Below, in pieces: positions 9,615 through 19,729 of a stretch of 64,000 bases of DNA. The translations under genes and the position numbers were made by a program. The notes under the pieces were generated by a model, which saw nothing but the letters and a program-made list of their open reading frames with translations, was not told the DNA's origin and did not search any database. Positions within the stretch are counted from its first letter, which is position 1. The number at the start of each line of letters is the position of its first letter. The stretch is from an uncultured Nitrososphaerota archaeon (lineage in GTDB: Archaea; Thermoproteota; Nitrososphaeria; Nitrososphaerales; Gagatemarchaeaceae). The stretch lies in NCBI GenBank assembly GCA_963703285.1, contig OY969807.1:512001-576000 (forward strand). The letters are read 5' to 3'.

Positions 9615-11546
9615 TTGTCCGAAGAAATCAAGGACATGAAACTGTCGAGGAGGCAGTTCGTAGGAGCTGCGGCGGGAGGAGCCGCGGCCCTGGGCGCGGG
9701 AGCGATCCTCGCGCCGAATCTGGTCTCTGCCGCAGGCGCGACGCCCGTGGTGAAGTCGACGCCGGCCCAAGCCGTGGCGATCGACCGGCTCCAGGCCGCC
9801 TCAACGCCTAGCACGATCCCGTCGTCATGGGACTATCAGGCAGACGTTGTGGTGATCGGTGCTGGCGCCGCAGGGTTGACGGCAGCCATAGCGGCTTTCG
9901 AGGCCGGCGCGTCGGTCGTCATCGTGGAGATGAATTACGATATAGGAGGCCATGCCATAGTGTCCGGAGGGACGGTTGACATCGGAGGCGGAACCTCCGC
10001 TCAGATCGCCTACAACATCTCCGACTCGCCCGCGCAGGTCTTCGCTGACCTCACCTACCCGTGCACCGTAGGCACGTCAGCTACCAACGGCCCGAACACG
10101 GGTGTCAACTGGGGAACTCCGGCGGTCCAGCCTTCGTTCTGCTCGCCCTACCAAGATAGGGAGATGTCTTGGACGATCGCTCAGAACGGCGTGGCGGCGT
10201 TCAACTGGCTGCTCGCCAACGGAGTCCAGTTCTCGGACACGGCGGTGGCTAACACGCCGCCCGCGACTTCCCACTGGAACCCGGTGTCCGGCATCGCGAG
10301 GAGCAACGTCCCATACTGGAACGGAGCTACGAGCTTCACCGCGAGCGCGGCGGCTCCCGGAGGCGCGGGAGGGACCGCGCTCATGAGGCCGCTCGAGGCA
10401 AAGGCACGCGCGCTCGGCGTACAGTTCCTGCTGAACTTCAGGATGACCAGCATCATCCGGGAGCAGCCGTACGGAGGGAACGTGCTGGGCGTGATGGCGG
10501 AGGCGACGGGCGGGAGATTCCTGCCTGGGAGCACAACGGCACTTCAGCCATACCTCACCCAGGGCAACATCACCCTCGAGAACTCCGTGGTGAACCTGCG
10601 CGCTAACAGGGGCGTCGTGATCGCCACCGGTGGATGCACGAGCAATGTCAGCATGCGCAGGGAGTACGACCCTAGGCTGACCGCAGAGTACGACGTGGCC
10701 GGCGAGCCATACTCGTTCGCTACGGGAGACGGCGAGTACGCGGCTCGCAGGATAGGCGCCAAGCTCTGGGCGACTGGCAATATGGCTGCTGAAAGGGGGA
10801 TGAACTTCGCCAAGCCCGGGTACATCGGCTGCCACTACGGATATCCGAACCTGCACTGGACGGCTACCAGCCCGATATTCGCGCTCGCAGGAGCAGGAGG
10901 GCTCAGCGTGAGCAACTGGGACGGCATCATTCAGGTGAACATGGCGGGCGTGAGGTTCGTCAACGAGAGCTCGACCGAATCGCCTGAGGCGTTCGCTTGG
11001 CTCGACGCCGCTATGTCCATCAACGCGGCTTCCACGGCTCCCTACTGGAACGGTGGACCCGTATGGACCATCTTCGACTCTGCCGCGGTCTCACGGGAGG
11101 GCTGGACTCTGGATGCACCCAACACAGACCCGCTCTTCTTCTACGAGGCGAACGACCTGCCTACCCTCGCGCAACAGATCAACACCAACGCGTACCAGAC
11201 AACGACCATGAGCGGAGCCGCTCTGCAGGCGACCATCACCAGGTACAACACACTGGTAACGGCGGGAGCTGGCGACACCGACTTCGGGAAGTCGCCCTTC
11301 AAGAACCAGATTAGCACACCACCCTACTACGCAGCATTCTCGACCCCGGTCGTCCACGACACCCTCACCGGAATCAAGGTGAACACGAGCGCGCAGGTGA
11401 TAGACCTCGACGAGAACGTCATCCCCAACCTCTACGCGGCCGGAGAGTCGGTGGGCGGGATGTCGGCCCACGGGCTCTTCAAGTGCATCATCTACGGGCT
11501 CATAGCGGGAAGGAACGCCGCGGCAGAGGCGCCGTTCCTGGGCTAA
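9615..11546 (+). CDS. Tat-exported FAD-dependent oxidoreductase, copy 2
   Basis: Same motifs as copy 1; contains long blocks identical to copy 1 at the DNA level. Confidence 0.9.
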   Translation: MSEEIKDMKLSRRQFVGAAAGGAAALGAGAILAPNLVSAAGATPVVKSTPAQAVAIDRLQAASTPSTIPSSWDYQADVVVIGAGAAGLTAAIAAFEAGASVVIVEMNYDIGGHAIVSGGTVDIGGGTSAQIAYNISDSPAQVFADLTYPCTVGTSATNGPNTGVNWGTPAVQPSFCSPYQDREMSWTIAQNGVAAFNWLLANGVQFSDTAVANTPPATSHWNPVSGIARSNVPYWNGATSFTASAAAPGGAGGTALMRPLEAKARALGVQFLLNFRMTSIIREQPYGGNVLGVMAEATGGRFLPGSTTALQPYLTQGNITLENSVVNLRANRGVVIATGGCTSNVSMRREYDPRLTAEYDVAGEPYSFATGDGEYAARRIGAKLWATGNMAAERGMNFAKPGYIGCHYGYPNLHWTATSPIFALAGAGGLSVSNWDGIIQVNMAGVRFVNESSTESPEAFAWLDAAMSINAASTAPYWNGGPVWTIFDSAAVSREGWTLDAPNTDPLFFYEANDLPTLAQQINTNAYQTTTMSGAALQATITRYNTLVTAGAGDTDFGKSPFKNQISTPPYYAAFSTPVVHDTLTGIKVNTSAQVIDLDENVIPNLYAAGESVGGMSAHGLFKCIIYGLIAGRNAAAEAPFLG

Positions 11547-11558
11547 GGGTGAATGTAG

Positions 11559-13490
11559 ATGTCCGAACAAATCAGGGACAAGAAGCTCTCGAGGAGGCAG
11601 TTCGTAGGAGCTGCGGCGGGAGGAGCCGCGGCCCTGGGCGCAGGAGCAATCCTCGCGCCGAAGCTGACTTCTGTCGTAGGTGGCACGCCCGCAGCGGCTA
11701 AAGAAGGGGCGGTGGCGTATCCACTGCTGCCAGCGACGACGGGCAGTGTCATCCCGTCGTCCTGGGACTACACGGCCGATGTAGTGGTCGTGGGTGCAGG
11801 GGCGGCAGGCATGGCGGCGGCGATAGCGGCCTTTGAGGGAGGCGCTTCGGTCCTCGTCGTAGACATGAACTACGACATAGGGGGTCACGCGATCGTATCG
11901 GCCGGTGATGTGGACCTCGGAGGGGGCACGTCAGCGCAGATCGCGGCAGGCATCTCCGACTCGCCCGCGCAGGTCTTCGCCGACCTCACCTATCCCGTTA
12001 CGGTCGGGACCTCGTCGACTAATGGTCCGAACATAGGACCCAACTGGGGAGCTCCGGCGGTCCAGCCGTCGTTCTGCTCTCCCTACCAGGACAGGGCAAT
12101 GTGCTGGACGATAGCCCAGAACAGCGTTGCGACCTTCAACTGGCTGCTGGCCAACGGAGTCCAGTTCACGGACACGGCGCTGGCGAACACTCCACCGACC
12201 CCGACCCACTGGAATCCCGTATCTGGCATCGGGCGGACGAACGCTCCCTATTGGAACGGCGCAAGCAGCTTCCCAGCTAGCGCAGCAAGCCCCGGAGGCA
12301 ACGGGGGGACCGGCGTCATGAGGCCACTTGAGGCGAAGGCGCGCGCACTGGGCGTGCAGTTCCTCCTGAACTTCAGGATGACGAGCGTCATCAGGGAGCA
12401 GCCGTACTCGGGCAACGTGCTTGGGATCACGGCGATGGCGACGGGAGGCCGATTCCTTCCTGGCGCTACCAGCCCGCTGGGGTCCTTCCTATCGGAGGGC
12501 AACATCGGCCTCGAGCACTCGGTCGTGAACCTGCGGGCGAACAAGGCGGTCGTCGTCGCGACGGGAGGATCGAGCAGCAATGTCAACATGCGCAGGGAGT
12601 ACGACCCTAGGCTGACCGCAGTGTGCGATGTGGGAGGGGAGCCATATTCCTATCAGACCGGAGACGGCGAGTACGCGGCGCGCAGGATTGGCGCGAAGCT
12701 CTGGGCCACCGGCAATTTCGCGGCGGAAAGAGGTATGCAGCTGGCCAAGCCCGGATACATAGGCTGTCGGTACGGCTACGGCACTCTTCACTGGGCGACG
12801 GGGTCGCCGCTCTTCCCGCTCGCAGGAGCAGGAGGGCTCAGCGTGAGCAACTGGGATGGCCTCTGCCAGGTGAACATGGCGGGCGTGAGGTTCGTCAACG
12901 AGAGCTCGAGTCAGTCGCCCGAGGCGTTCGCGTGGCTCGACGCGGCGCTCTCGATCAACTCCGCCTCCTCTTCGCCAGACTGGGCTGCGGGCCCGGTATG
13001 GACCATCTTCGACTCCGCGGGCGTCACGAGGAACGGATGGACCCTCGGATACCCCAACACGGACCCGCTCTTCTTCTACGAGGCGAACGACCTTCCCACA
13101 CTCGCGCAGCAGATCAACACGAACGCGTACCAGACAACCACAATGAACGGAGCGACCCTCGCGGCGACCATCACCAAGTACAACACCCTGGTAACGGCAG
13201 GCGCCGGCGACACCGCTTTCGGCAAGAGTCCATTCAAGTCCCAGATCAACACACCGCCGTACTACGCAGCCTTCTCGGCGCCCGTGGTCCATGACTCCCT
13301 GAACGGCATCCACGCCGACCCTACCTCCGCGAAGGTGCTCGACCTCGACGACAACATCATACCCCACTTCTACGCGGCGGGCGAGACCGTAGGCGGGATG
13401 TCGGCCCACGGGCTCTTCAAGTGCTTCGTGTTCGGAGTGATAGCTGGCAGAAACGCCGCCATGGAAACACCGTTGGCCGGCGGCTCATAG
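11559..13490 (+). CDS. Tat-exported FAD-dependent oxidoreductase, copy 3
   Basis: LSRRQFVG signal, GAGAAG, RFVNE, FYAAGE; starts 12 bp after the copy 2 stop (likely co-transcribed). Confidence 0.9.
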   Translation: MSEQIRDKKLSRRQFVGAAAGGAAALGAGAILAPKLTSVVGGTPAAAKEGAVAYPLLPATTGSVIPSSWDYTADVVVVGAGAAGMAAAIAAFEGGASVLVVDMNYDIGGHAIVSAGDVDLGGGTSAQIAAGISDSPAQVFADLTYPVTVGTSSTNGPNIGPNWGAPAVQPSFCSPYQDRAMCWTIAQNSVATFNWLLANGVQFTDTALANTPPTPTHWNPVSGIGRTNAPYWNGASSFPASAASPGGNGGTGVMRPLEAKARALGVQFLLNFRMTSVIREQPYSGNVLGITAMATGGRFLPGATSPLGSFLSEGNIGLEHSVVNLRANKAVVVATGGSSSNVNMRREYDPRLTAVCDVGGEPYSYQTGDGEYAARRIGAKLWATGNFAAERGMQLAKPGYIGCRYGYGTLHWATGSPLFPLAGAGGLSVSNWDGLCQVNMAGVRFVNESSSQSPEAFAWLDAALSINSASSSPDWAAGPVWTIFDSAGVTRNGWTLGYPNTDPLFFYEANDLPTLAQQINTNAYQTTTMNGATLAATITKYNTLVTAGAGDTAFGKSPFKSQINTPPYYAAFSAPVVHDSLNGIHADPTSAKVLDLDDNIIPHFYAAGETVGGMSAHGLFKCFVFGVIAGRNAAMETPLAGGS

Positions 13491-13496
13491 ACCAAG

Positions 13497-13534
13497 TGAA
13501 GGGAGGACGGGAGACCGCCCTCCTCCCACCTTCA
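13497..13534 (+). terminator. Hairpin with GAGA tetraloop after flavoprotein 3
   Basis: GGAGG-A-CGG-GAGA-CCG-C-CCTCC with outer TGAAGG/CCTTCA. Confidence 0.4.
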
Positions 13535-13772
13535 TGTTCTCTGCGACGGACAGCCTCGGCTCAGGGTCACGCAGGCAAATGTGCCCCGTACCTCGGCCGG
13601 CACAGGGCCGGGTGGGTCAAGCAGGGTGTTCAGAGGCGCTTGTAGAGGACGTGCTGTGGCGTCCGACGTCGCGGTGTTCCTCTCGAGCAGTGTGGCAGGG
13701 CCAGCGATTCCGGTGCCGAGGGATAACGCGGTCATAAATTTTTTTATAGAAGATTTCGGCGGGCCGCCGGGC

Positions 13773-14444
13773 ATGGCGCAAGTCGGCGGTAACACCGTAA
13801 TCATCGACGTCATAACGGAGAACACCGGACCGGACGTGCTTGACATCAGGCGGATCATCTCCGTCCAAATGGGTGACTCATCAAAGCAGGACGTCTTCCA
13901 TGCCGAGGCCAATGACGGAGCCCACTCCCTGTTTGGGGTCGCGTTGCAGGTCAACGCCCTGGTCGCGCGCGGCAGCGTCTTCGCTGGGTATGACATCAAG
14001 CAGTTCGAGCTACCCCTTCTCAAGCGATTCCTCGGCCTGACGATACCCGGGTACAGGGTGGTTGACCTGAAGGATTTGAAAGGGGTCGTCGCGTTGCAGT
14101 CGAAGGCGACCGGCCCCATTCTGAGATTGGACGACGTGTGTCGAGAGTACAAGGTGTCCCTTGAGTACAAGCTCGCCATCGAGCAAAAGGCGGAGGCGAT
14201 CAAGAAGAATGCGGAGACGGTGGCGAAGGCGGATGCCGCGGCACAGCATCTCGCGGCCAGCAAGGGGTGGACTCCGGAGTTCGCCCGGCAGTACGCCCTC
14301 GACAGCATTTCTAGCGGGCAAGCGGTGCTCGAGTCGTACAACGAGTTCGTGGAGAAGAAGGGTTCACGGGACACTATCTTCTACAGGTACGCGGCCGGCC
14401 AGGTGACCTGCGAGCACAGCCTGCTGGTCGCGCTGAGCAAATAG
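13773..14444 (+). CDS. Hypothetical protein, degenerate DEDD/RNase H-like 3'-5' exonuclease fold
   Basis: ATG 13773 after TTTTTATA; VIIDVITENTG, RIISVQ, FAGYDIKQFELPLLKRF, LDDVCREY, YAAGQV resemble ExoI/II/III motifs with substitutions. Confidence 0.6.
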   Translation: MAQVGGNTVIIDVITENTGPDVLDIRRIISVQMGDSSKQDVFHAEANDGAHSLFGVALQVNALVARGSVFAGYDIKQFELPLLKRFLGLTIPGYRVVDLKDLKGVVALQSKATGPILRLDDVCREYKVSLEYKLAIEQKAEAIKKNAETVAKADAAAQHLAASKGWTPEFARQYALDSISSGQAVLESYNEFVEKKGSRDTIFYRYAAGQVTCEHSLLVALSK

Positions 14445-14664
14445 CCGGAGCCGCACGCCAACGGATTCGCGCTGACGGCGACCGCAGCGTACCGACGCGC
14501 ATCGCTCGAAGCGGACAGGGGCCGCGAAGGAATGGGTCGGCTTTGTCGTTCTTCCACGGGAAAAGATTCGCCAACGATTCCGACGCCAGCAGTCGTTCTG
14601 TCATGGACGGCCTGTATCAGGCCAGGGACGGGTATCTTCGAGCGCGCGGACCCCCGCGACGTTG

Positions 14665-14701
14665 GTTCTCATCCGTGAGAATTGTCCCTCGGGTTTAAGT
14701 A
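14665..14701 (+). promoter_or_regulatory. Palindromic site TTCTCA-N4-TGAGAA plus TATA box of the DOMON-like gene
   Basis: GTTCTCATCCGTGAGAAT (14665-14682), 12-nt gap, TTAAGTA (14695). Confidence 0.65.
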
Positions 14702-14733
14702 TCATGGAGAGGCGGAGCGCTCGAGCGAAATTG

Positions 14734-16245
14734 ATGTCAAGGGGCAAGTTGGGCTGTACTATATCTGCTCTGGCTGTTTTGCTGATTCTAGCATCGGCAT
14801 TCTCTATCGGGACGGCCTCGGCCGCCCCTACGACCGTGACGGCGTACAAGGCGACGGTCGCGGTAAACCTGAAGGGCAGTTATTCCGCGTCGCAGTGGAC
14901 GGACGCGCAGACCATCACCGACGGCACATCGGGAGTGACGTTCGGTGCAAAGCAGAACACGACCGGTTGGTTCTTCTTCGCAACATGGCAGACCAATGCC
15001 GCGGTCTGCTCTGACACCGCCTGCTACGGTGGCATAGAGCTGGACGGCCTCACGAACACGGGCGCGATGGGAAGCTCCAGCGAGCCCTCGCTCATGATAC
15101 TCGCAAGCCCGTTCTTCGTGAACACAGTCGGCCACGCGGTCGATGAGTTCATCTCGACGGACACCGTGACCCCGTCTTCGGTGGAGTCCCTAGGCGACTA
15201 CACAACCCAGGCCACCTGCACTCCGCTGGCGCTCACTGGAACCACCTACTCGGTGCAGTGCTACCGACCATTTGCGCTGAAGGGCGCCTCGCCTCAGGAC
15301 CCCACCGCCACGATGGGAGTGGGATCGACTATGGAGCTCGGATTCGCGGTCGGTGAGTTCAACGCCCCTGGAACCCACGACGCGACGTCGATGAGCCAGT
15401 ACCAGCTCGTCTTCAGCAGTGCAACCCTCGGGCAGACGGGCACGACCTCTTCCACGACGTCGAGCACCACCAGCAGCACGACGTCGACGACTAGCACCAC
15501 ATCGACGACTTCGAGCACGACCTCCACCACCTCAAGCACGACGTCGACCACATCCAGCACCCACTCCACGACCTCGAGCACAACCAGCAGCACCACGTCA
15601 ACCACCTCAAGCAGCTCGACGACCACCTCTTCGACGAGCTCGGTGACGAGCACGGCATTCGGCTACACGATGAAGGTCGCTACGAACGCAGGGACGTACA
15701 CGAACACGCAGCTGGGGACGATCACTGCGACGATCACGCCGACACCGCCCGCGGGTACCGTGGTCCTTTTCCAGGTCCTCAACCCGTACTCAACCGCCCT
15801 CTACTCCAAGTCGGTGACGGTGGCGACCAGCGGTGTACTCAGCGCCAACTTCACCACAGGGACGCCGTACTTCGAATGGGTCCCCGGGACGTACACGGTG
15901 ACGGTCTCATGGGCCCCTGAGGGCACGACGGTCCTCTTCGGACAGGCGCAGTTCTCCTTCAACGGACCTCCGACCCCAGCACAGTCCTCGACTAGCAGCA
16001 GCGGATCGGCGAGCGTCTCCACGGTCACCACTACCGTGACAGGACCGGCTTCGACGGTCACACAAACCGGCCCCACAACGACGGTCACCGGAACGGGGTC
16101 GACCGTAACGACCACATCCACGAGCACCGTGACGAGCAGTTCCGTACCGGTGTGGGCCTACGGCGGGATGATCCTGCTTCTGGCCATCGGCCTGGCGGCC
16201 GGCTATGTCGTAGCTGGCCCTCGGCTGAAGCCCGCGCGAAAGTGA
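14734..16245 (+). CDS. Secreted, C-terminally anchored surface protein: DOMON-like domain, S/T linker, Ig-like domain, T-rich stalk, TM
   Basis: Signal peptide ending ASA; GIE..GAMG..LMIL, CYRPF, GFAVG..GTH; long S/T tract; C-terminal hydrophobic helix with basic tail (PRLKPARK). Confidence 0.75.
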   Translation: MSRGKLGCTISALAVLLILASAFSIGTASAAPTTVTAYKATVAVNLKGSYSASQWTDAQTITDGTSGVTFGAKQNTTGWFFFATWQTNAAVCSDTACYGGIELDGLTNTGAMGSSSEPSLMILASPFFVNTVGHAVDEFISTDTVTPSSVESLGDYTTQATCTPLALTGTTYSVQCYRPFALKGASPQDPTATMGVGSTMELGFAVGEFNAPGTHDATSMSQYQLVFSSATLGQTGTTSSTTSSTTSSTTSTTSTTSTTSSTTSTTSSTTSTTSSTHSTTSSTTSSTTSTTSSSSTTTSSTSSVTSTAFGYTMKVATNAGTYTNTQLGTITATITPTPPAGTVVLFQVLNPYSTALYSKSVTVATSGVLSANFTTGTPYFEWVPGTYTVTVSWAPEGTTVLFGQAQFSFNGPPTPAQSSTSSSGSASVSTVTTTVTGPASTVTQTGPTTTVTGTGSTVTTTSTSTVTSSSVPVWAYGGMILLLAIGLAAGYVVAGPRLKPARK

Positions 16246-16379
16246 CGCGCGCCTGGCCGCGCGTCTCCTGCCTTATTTCGCAAAGCCAGTCGGAAGACCG
16301 CAGGCGCTCGATGTCCAGCCACAAGGGGACGTCGGAACCGCAACTCTGAATAGGCCGGAGCCGGAAACTCGGCCCCGGA

Positions 16380-17360
16380 TTGGAATACGTCAGACTAGGA
16401 ACGAGCGGCCTGAAGGTCTCCCGACTCTGCATCGGCTGCATGAGCTTCGGGGGGAAGAAGTCGGGGACGTTCACTTGGACGCTGGACTACGCCAAATCGC
16501 AGGCGATAGTGGACCGCGCGATCGACCTCGGGATAAACTTCTTCGACACGGCGGACATGTACTCCGAGGGCAAGTCCGAGGAGATCCTCGGCAGGGCGAT
16601 ACAGGGCAGGCGGGACGGTCTTGTCATCGCGACGAAGGTCTACAACCCGATGGGGCCGGGCCCGAACGACAAAGGCCTCTCGAGGAAGCACATCAGGCAC
16701 GAAGTCAAGCGCTCCCTGGAGAGGCTCGGGACCGACTACATCGACCTCTACCAGATTCACCGCTGGGACTACGAGTCTCCCATCGAGGAGACGCTGAGGA
16801 CGCTTGACGGCCTCGTCGCGGACGGCACGGTGAACTACATCGGGGCGTCGAGCATGTGGTCGTGGCAGTTCGCCGAGGCTCTTGACCTCAGCGAGGCGCT
16901 CGGGCTGGAGAGGTTCATCAGCATGCAGAACCACTACAACCTCGCCTACAGGGAGGAGGAGAGGGAGATGATTCCGCTCTGCCGAAGCCGCGGGGTCGGC
17001 ATAATCCCATGGAGCCCGCTGGCCAGGGGCTTCCTTACCGGGAAGTACAGGCGGAACAGCCAGCCGAGGGGGAGGAGATACGAGGGGGACCCACTCCTGA
17101 AGGAGCGCTACTTCAAAGACCAGGACTTTGACACGCTCGACAGGCTGACCGAGGTCGCGAAGGAGAAGGGTGCCACGCCCGCCCAGGTGGCGCTGGCCTG
17201 GCTGCTGCACAAGCCCTACGTGACCTCGCCCATCGTCGGCACCAGCAGCGTGGAACAGCTGGACGAACTCGTCGCCGCCCTCGAGGTCAAGCTCTCATCG
17301 GGCGAGATCAAGACGCTCGAAGAGGCCTACAGGCCGAGGGCTGTCGAGGGTCACTTCTAG
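16380..17360 (+). CDS. Aldo/keto reductase
   Basis: LGTSGLKVSRLCIG, FFDTADMYSEG, IATKV, YIDLYQIHRWD, PWSPLARG. Confidence 0.95.
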   Translation: MEYVRLGTSGLKVSRLCIGCMSFGGKKSGTFTWTLDYAKSQAIVDRAIDLGINFFDTADMYSEGKSEEILGRAIQGRRDGLVIATKVYNPMGPGPNDKGLSRKHIRHEVKRSLERLGTDYIDLYQIHRWDYESPIEETLRTLDGLVADGTVNYIGASSMWSWQFAEALDLSEALGLERFISMQNHYNLAYREEEREMIPLCRSRGVGIIPWSPLARGFLTGKYRRNSQPRGRRYEGDPLLKERYFKDQDFDTLDRLTEVAKEKGATPAQVALAWLLHKPYVTSPIVGTSSVEQLDELVAALEVKLSSGEIKTLEEAYRPRAVEGHF

Positions 17361-18382
17361 GCCGGCCGAGCGATCCCGAGGGTGCGGTCGGTCGTAGCTA
17401 TCGACTCGGCGGCGGGAGTCTGGGTGGCGAGGGCCCTAATCGCGTCGACGTTCTCCGGGATCACGATGGCCTCCTGCTGCACGCCGAGGAAGAGAGACAC
17501 CTCGTCGCCGATGACAGAGACGGAGTCGCGCCAGACCACCGCCTCGTAGACGTCGTTGCGTGACCTCCCCTTCTCCCTGGCCCACTCTATCACCTGGGCC
17601 GTGGACTTGAAGCCCGACTTGCCGTCGACGAAGAGGATCCTCGGCTCGGCGGCCAACGCCTGCAGCGCCTCCTCCCTGGTGTGGGTTCCCTTGAGGGTGA
17701 CCATGAGGGCGTGGATGTGCATGTGCGTGGTCGGCACCTTCACCGCCATGGTTGTGATGTTCACGTCCTTGAGAACCGTCTGAACGTCCGGACCGTGGTG
17801 CGAAGGGAGCGTCACCGGGTCGAGGACCACGGCGTCGATCGGTCCCTTCGATATCTCGTTGGGGTCGGCGGCCCTTCGAACGAGGACGGCGCGCGCCCTC
17901 GATATTCCAAAGTTCCTATGCAGCGCGTGCAGCGTCCTGCAGAGCCCCGTGGTGTTGCAGCTGACGACGCGCGTCATCCGCCTCCCCCTGGCCTCGTCGA
18001 AGTTGCACTGCGCAACGAAGGACGAGCCCGTGAGTTCGTGCTCCTCGCCGCCCTGGAAGACCGCCTTCACCCCGGCCAGCTCGTAGACCGGCTTGTACTC
18101 CGCGCCGAGCTCGGGGGTGCCGTCCACTATCACGTCGACCTGCTTCAGGAGGTCTTCGAGGTTCCCCGAGTGCGGGACCTTCGCCTTCTCGAAGGCGGAG
18201 GCGCTGTCCCTGGTCGCCACATAGACCGGTATGCCCTTCTCGAGCGCCATCGTCGCGTAGTAGTCAGGCTTCGTCTTGGTGACGCCGACGAGCTCCATAT
18301 CCTCCTGCAGCCCCACCGCGTCGGCGACCCGCCTCCCTATCGTGCCGTAGCCGTTGATACCTACCCTGATCACTTGGCCCAC
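17357..18382 (-). CDS. gap: Type II (archaeal) glyceraldehyde-3-phosphate dehydrogenase
   Basis: GINGYGTIGRRVA, FQGGE, RVVSCNTTGL, RRAADP, PSHHGPDV, IPENVDAIRA. Confidence 0.96.
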   Translation of the reverse strand: MGQVIRVGINGYGTIGRRVADAVGLQEDMELVGVTKTKPDYYATMALEKGIPVYVATRDSASAFEKAKVPHSGNLEDLLKQVDVIVDGTPELGAEYKPVYELAGVKAVFQGGEEHELTGSSFVAQCNFDEARGRRMTRVVSCNTTGLCRTLHALHRNFGISRARAVLVRRAADPNEISKGPIDAVVLDPVTLPSHHGPDVQTVLKDVNITTMAVKVPTTHMHIHALMVTLKGTHTREEALQALAAEPRILFVDGKSGFKSTAQVIEWAREKGRSRNDVYEAVVWRDSVSVIGDEVSLFLGVQQEAIVIPENVDAIRALATQTPAAESIATTDRTLGIARPA

Positions 18383-19580
18383 TTCGCAGCCGCCCTCTCG
18401 AGCGCATCCATAAGAGGCAATCGCTTGCCCGCCAAGTACTGGACGAGCGCGCCCCCGGCCGTGCTCACGTGGTCGATCGACTCGTGGACGCCGTACCTGT
18501 AGAGGGCGGCCGAGAGGTGGCCTCCGCTGACGATCGTCGTCCCGAAGGAATCCCCCATCGCCTTCAGGAGCATCTCGGTCCCCAGGGCGAACTCCCCGTA
18601 TTCGAACGCACCGGGCGGCCCGCTCATGAAGACCGTCCCGGCTCCCTTTATGACGCGCGAGTATCTGTCGATCGTCTTCGTCCCCACGTCGAGGACCTCC
18701 ATCTTCTCCGTCACCTCGGAGACGTCCATCTCCCTCCGCTCGCCGTCCGACCTCACGGCGACGTCGATGGGCAGCTGAAAGGCCTGGGGGTGGTCGTCGA
18801 GCAGCTGCCGCGCCTTTAGGAGCATCTTCTGCTCGTTCTCCACCTTCAGGACGCCCCGGTACCTCCCCTTGGACTTGAGGAAGACCAGCGCGACGAGCCC
18901 CGAGAGCAGAACGTTGTCGGCGCGGTTGTTCGCGATGAGAGCGTCGATGGCCTCTATCCTGTCCGTGACCTTTGCGCCGCCGAGGACCGTCACGTAGGGA
19001 CCCTTCTCGACCGCGAAGATCCTCTCGAGCTTCATCAGCTCCTTCGCGACGACCCGCCCTGCGCAGGTCGGCACGAGCTCAGCGAAGCCTACGATGGAAG
19101 GGGGGATCGGTGCGCTGTGGGGAAGGCGTCGAGGATGCAGGCGTCTATGTGCGGCCTGAGCCTCGTAACCAGCACCGTCTTCTCCGCGTCGGCCGGCGAG
19201 AACTCCACGTTCTCCTCCGCCGTGAACCTCAGGTTGTCGAGGACCAGCACGTCGCCCGGGGTCGCGCCGTCTATGGCGGACTGCGCGGCCTCGCCGAAGA
19301 CGTCCTCGACGAAGCGTACCGGCTTCCCGAGCACCTTCTCCAGGGCCCTGGCGTGCTTGTCCATCGAGATGTAGTCGTATCTCCCGACCCTGCCCTGGTG
19401 CGAGGCGACGACGGCGACCGACTTCGGCAGGTCGCGTATGGTCATCGCCGCCTCTTCAATCCTGCTGAGCTCGAGCAGCTCTCCCGTCTCAGGATGGACG
19501 GGGGTATTGATGTCGACCCTGATGAAGACCCGCTTCCCATCAAGGTCGAGGTTGTCCATCGTCAGGGTCTTGGCAGGCAT
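18370..19580 (-). CDS. pgk: Phosphoglycerate kinase, split by a 1-nt frameshift in a G6 run near 19100-19105
   Basis: RVDINTP, SHQGR, DNLRF, DAFPTAHRS in ORF 19089-19580 continues as PSIVGF..PTCAG, LGGAKV, SGGH, STAGGA in ORF 18370-19074. One added base restores a ~403-aa protein. Confidence 0.9.
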
Positions 19581-19712
19581 TGCACGTGTGCGGCCTCAAG
19601 TGAACCGATTATAATCGTTTTGAGCAAGTGGCGCGGCTCACAGTCTTCGTCGCGACGAATACGCTCTCCGCTCCATCCCGCGGCACTGAATTCGCGCGCC
19701 GATAGGAGATAC

Positions 19713-19729
19713 GTCTTACAAGTAAGATG
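19713..19729. repeat. Palindromic repeat GTCTTAC-AA-GTAAGATG, copy 1
   Basis: 17-bp exact match to 33923-33939. Confidence 0.7.

Noticed and set aside
15430-15655. Repetitive ACGACGTCGAGC-like DNA, possible CRISPR or tandem repeat
   Set aside because: Encodes the Ser/Thr linker; no constant repeat-spacer structure and no cas genes
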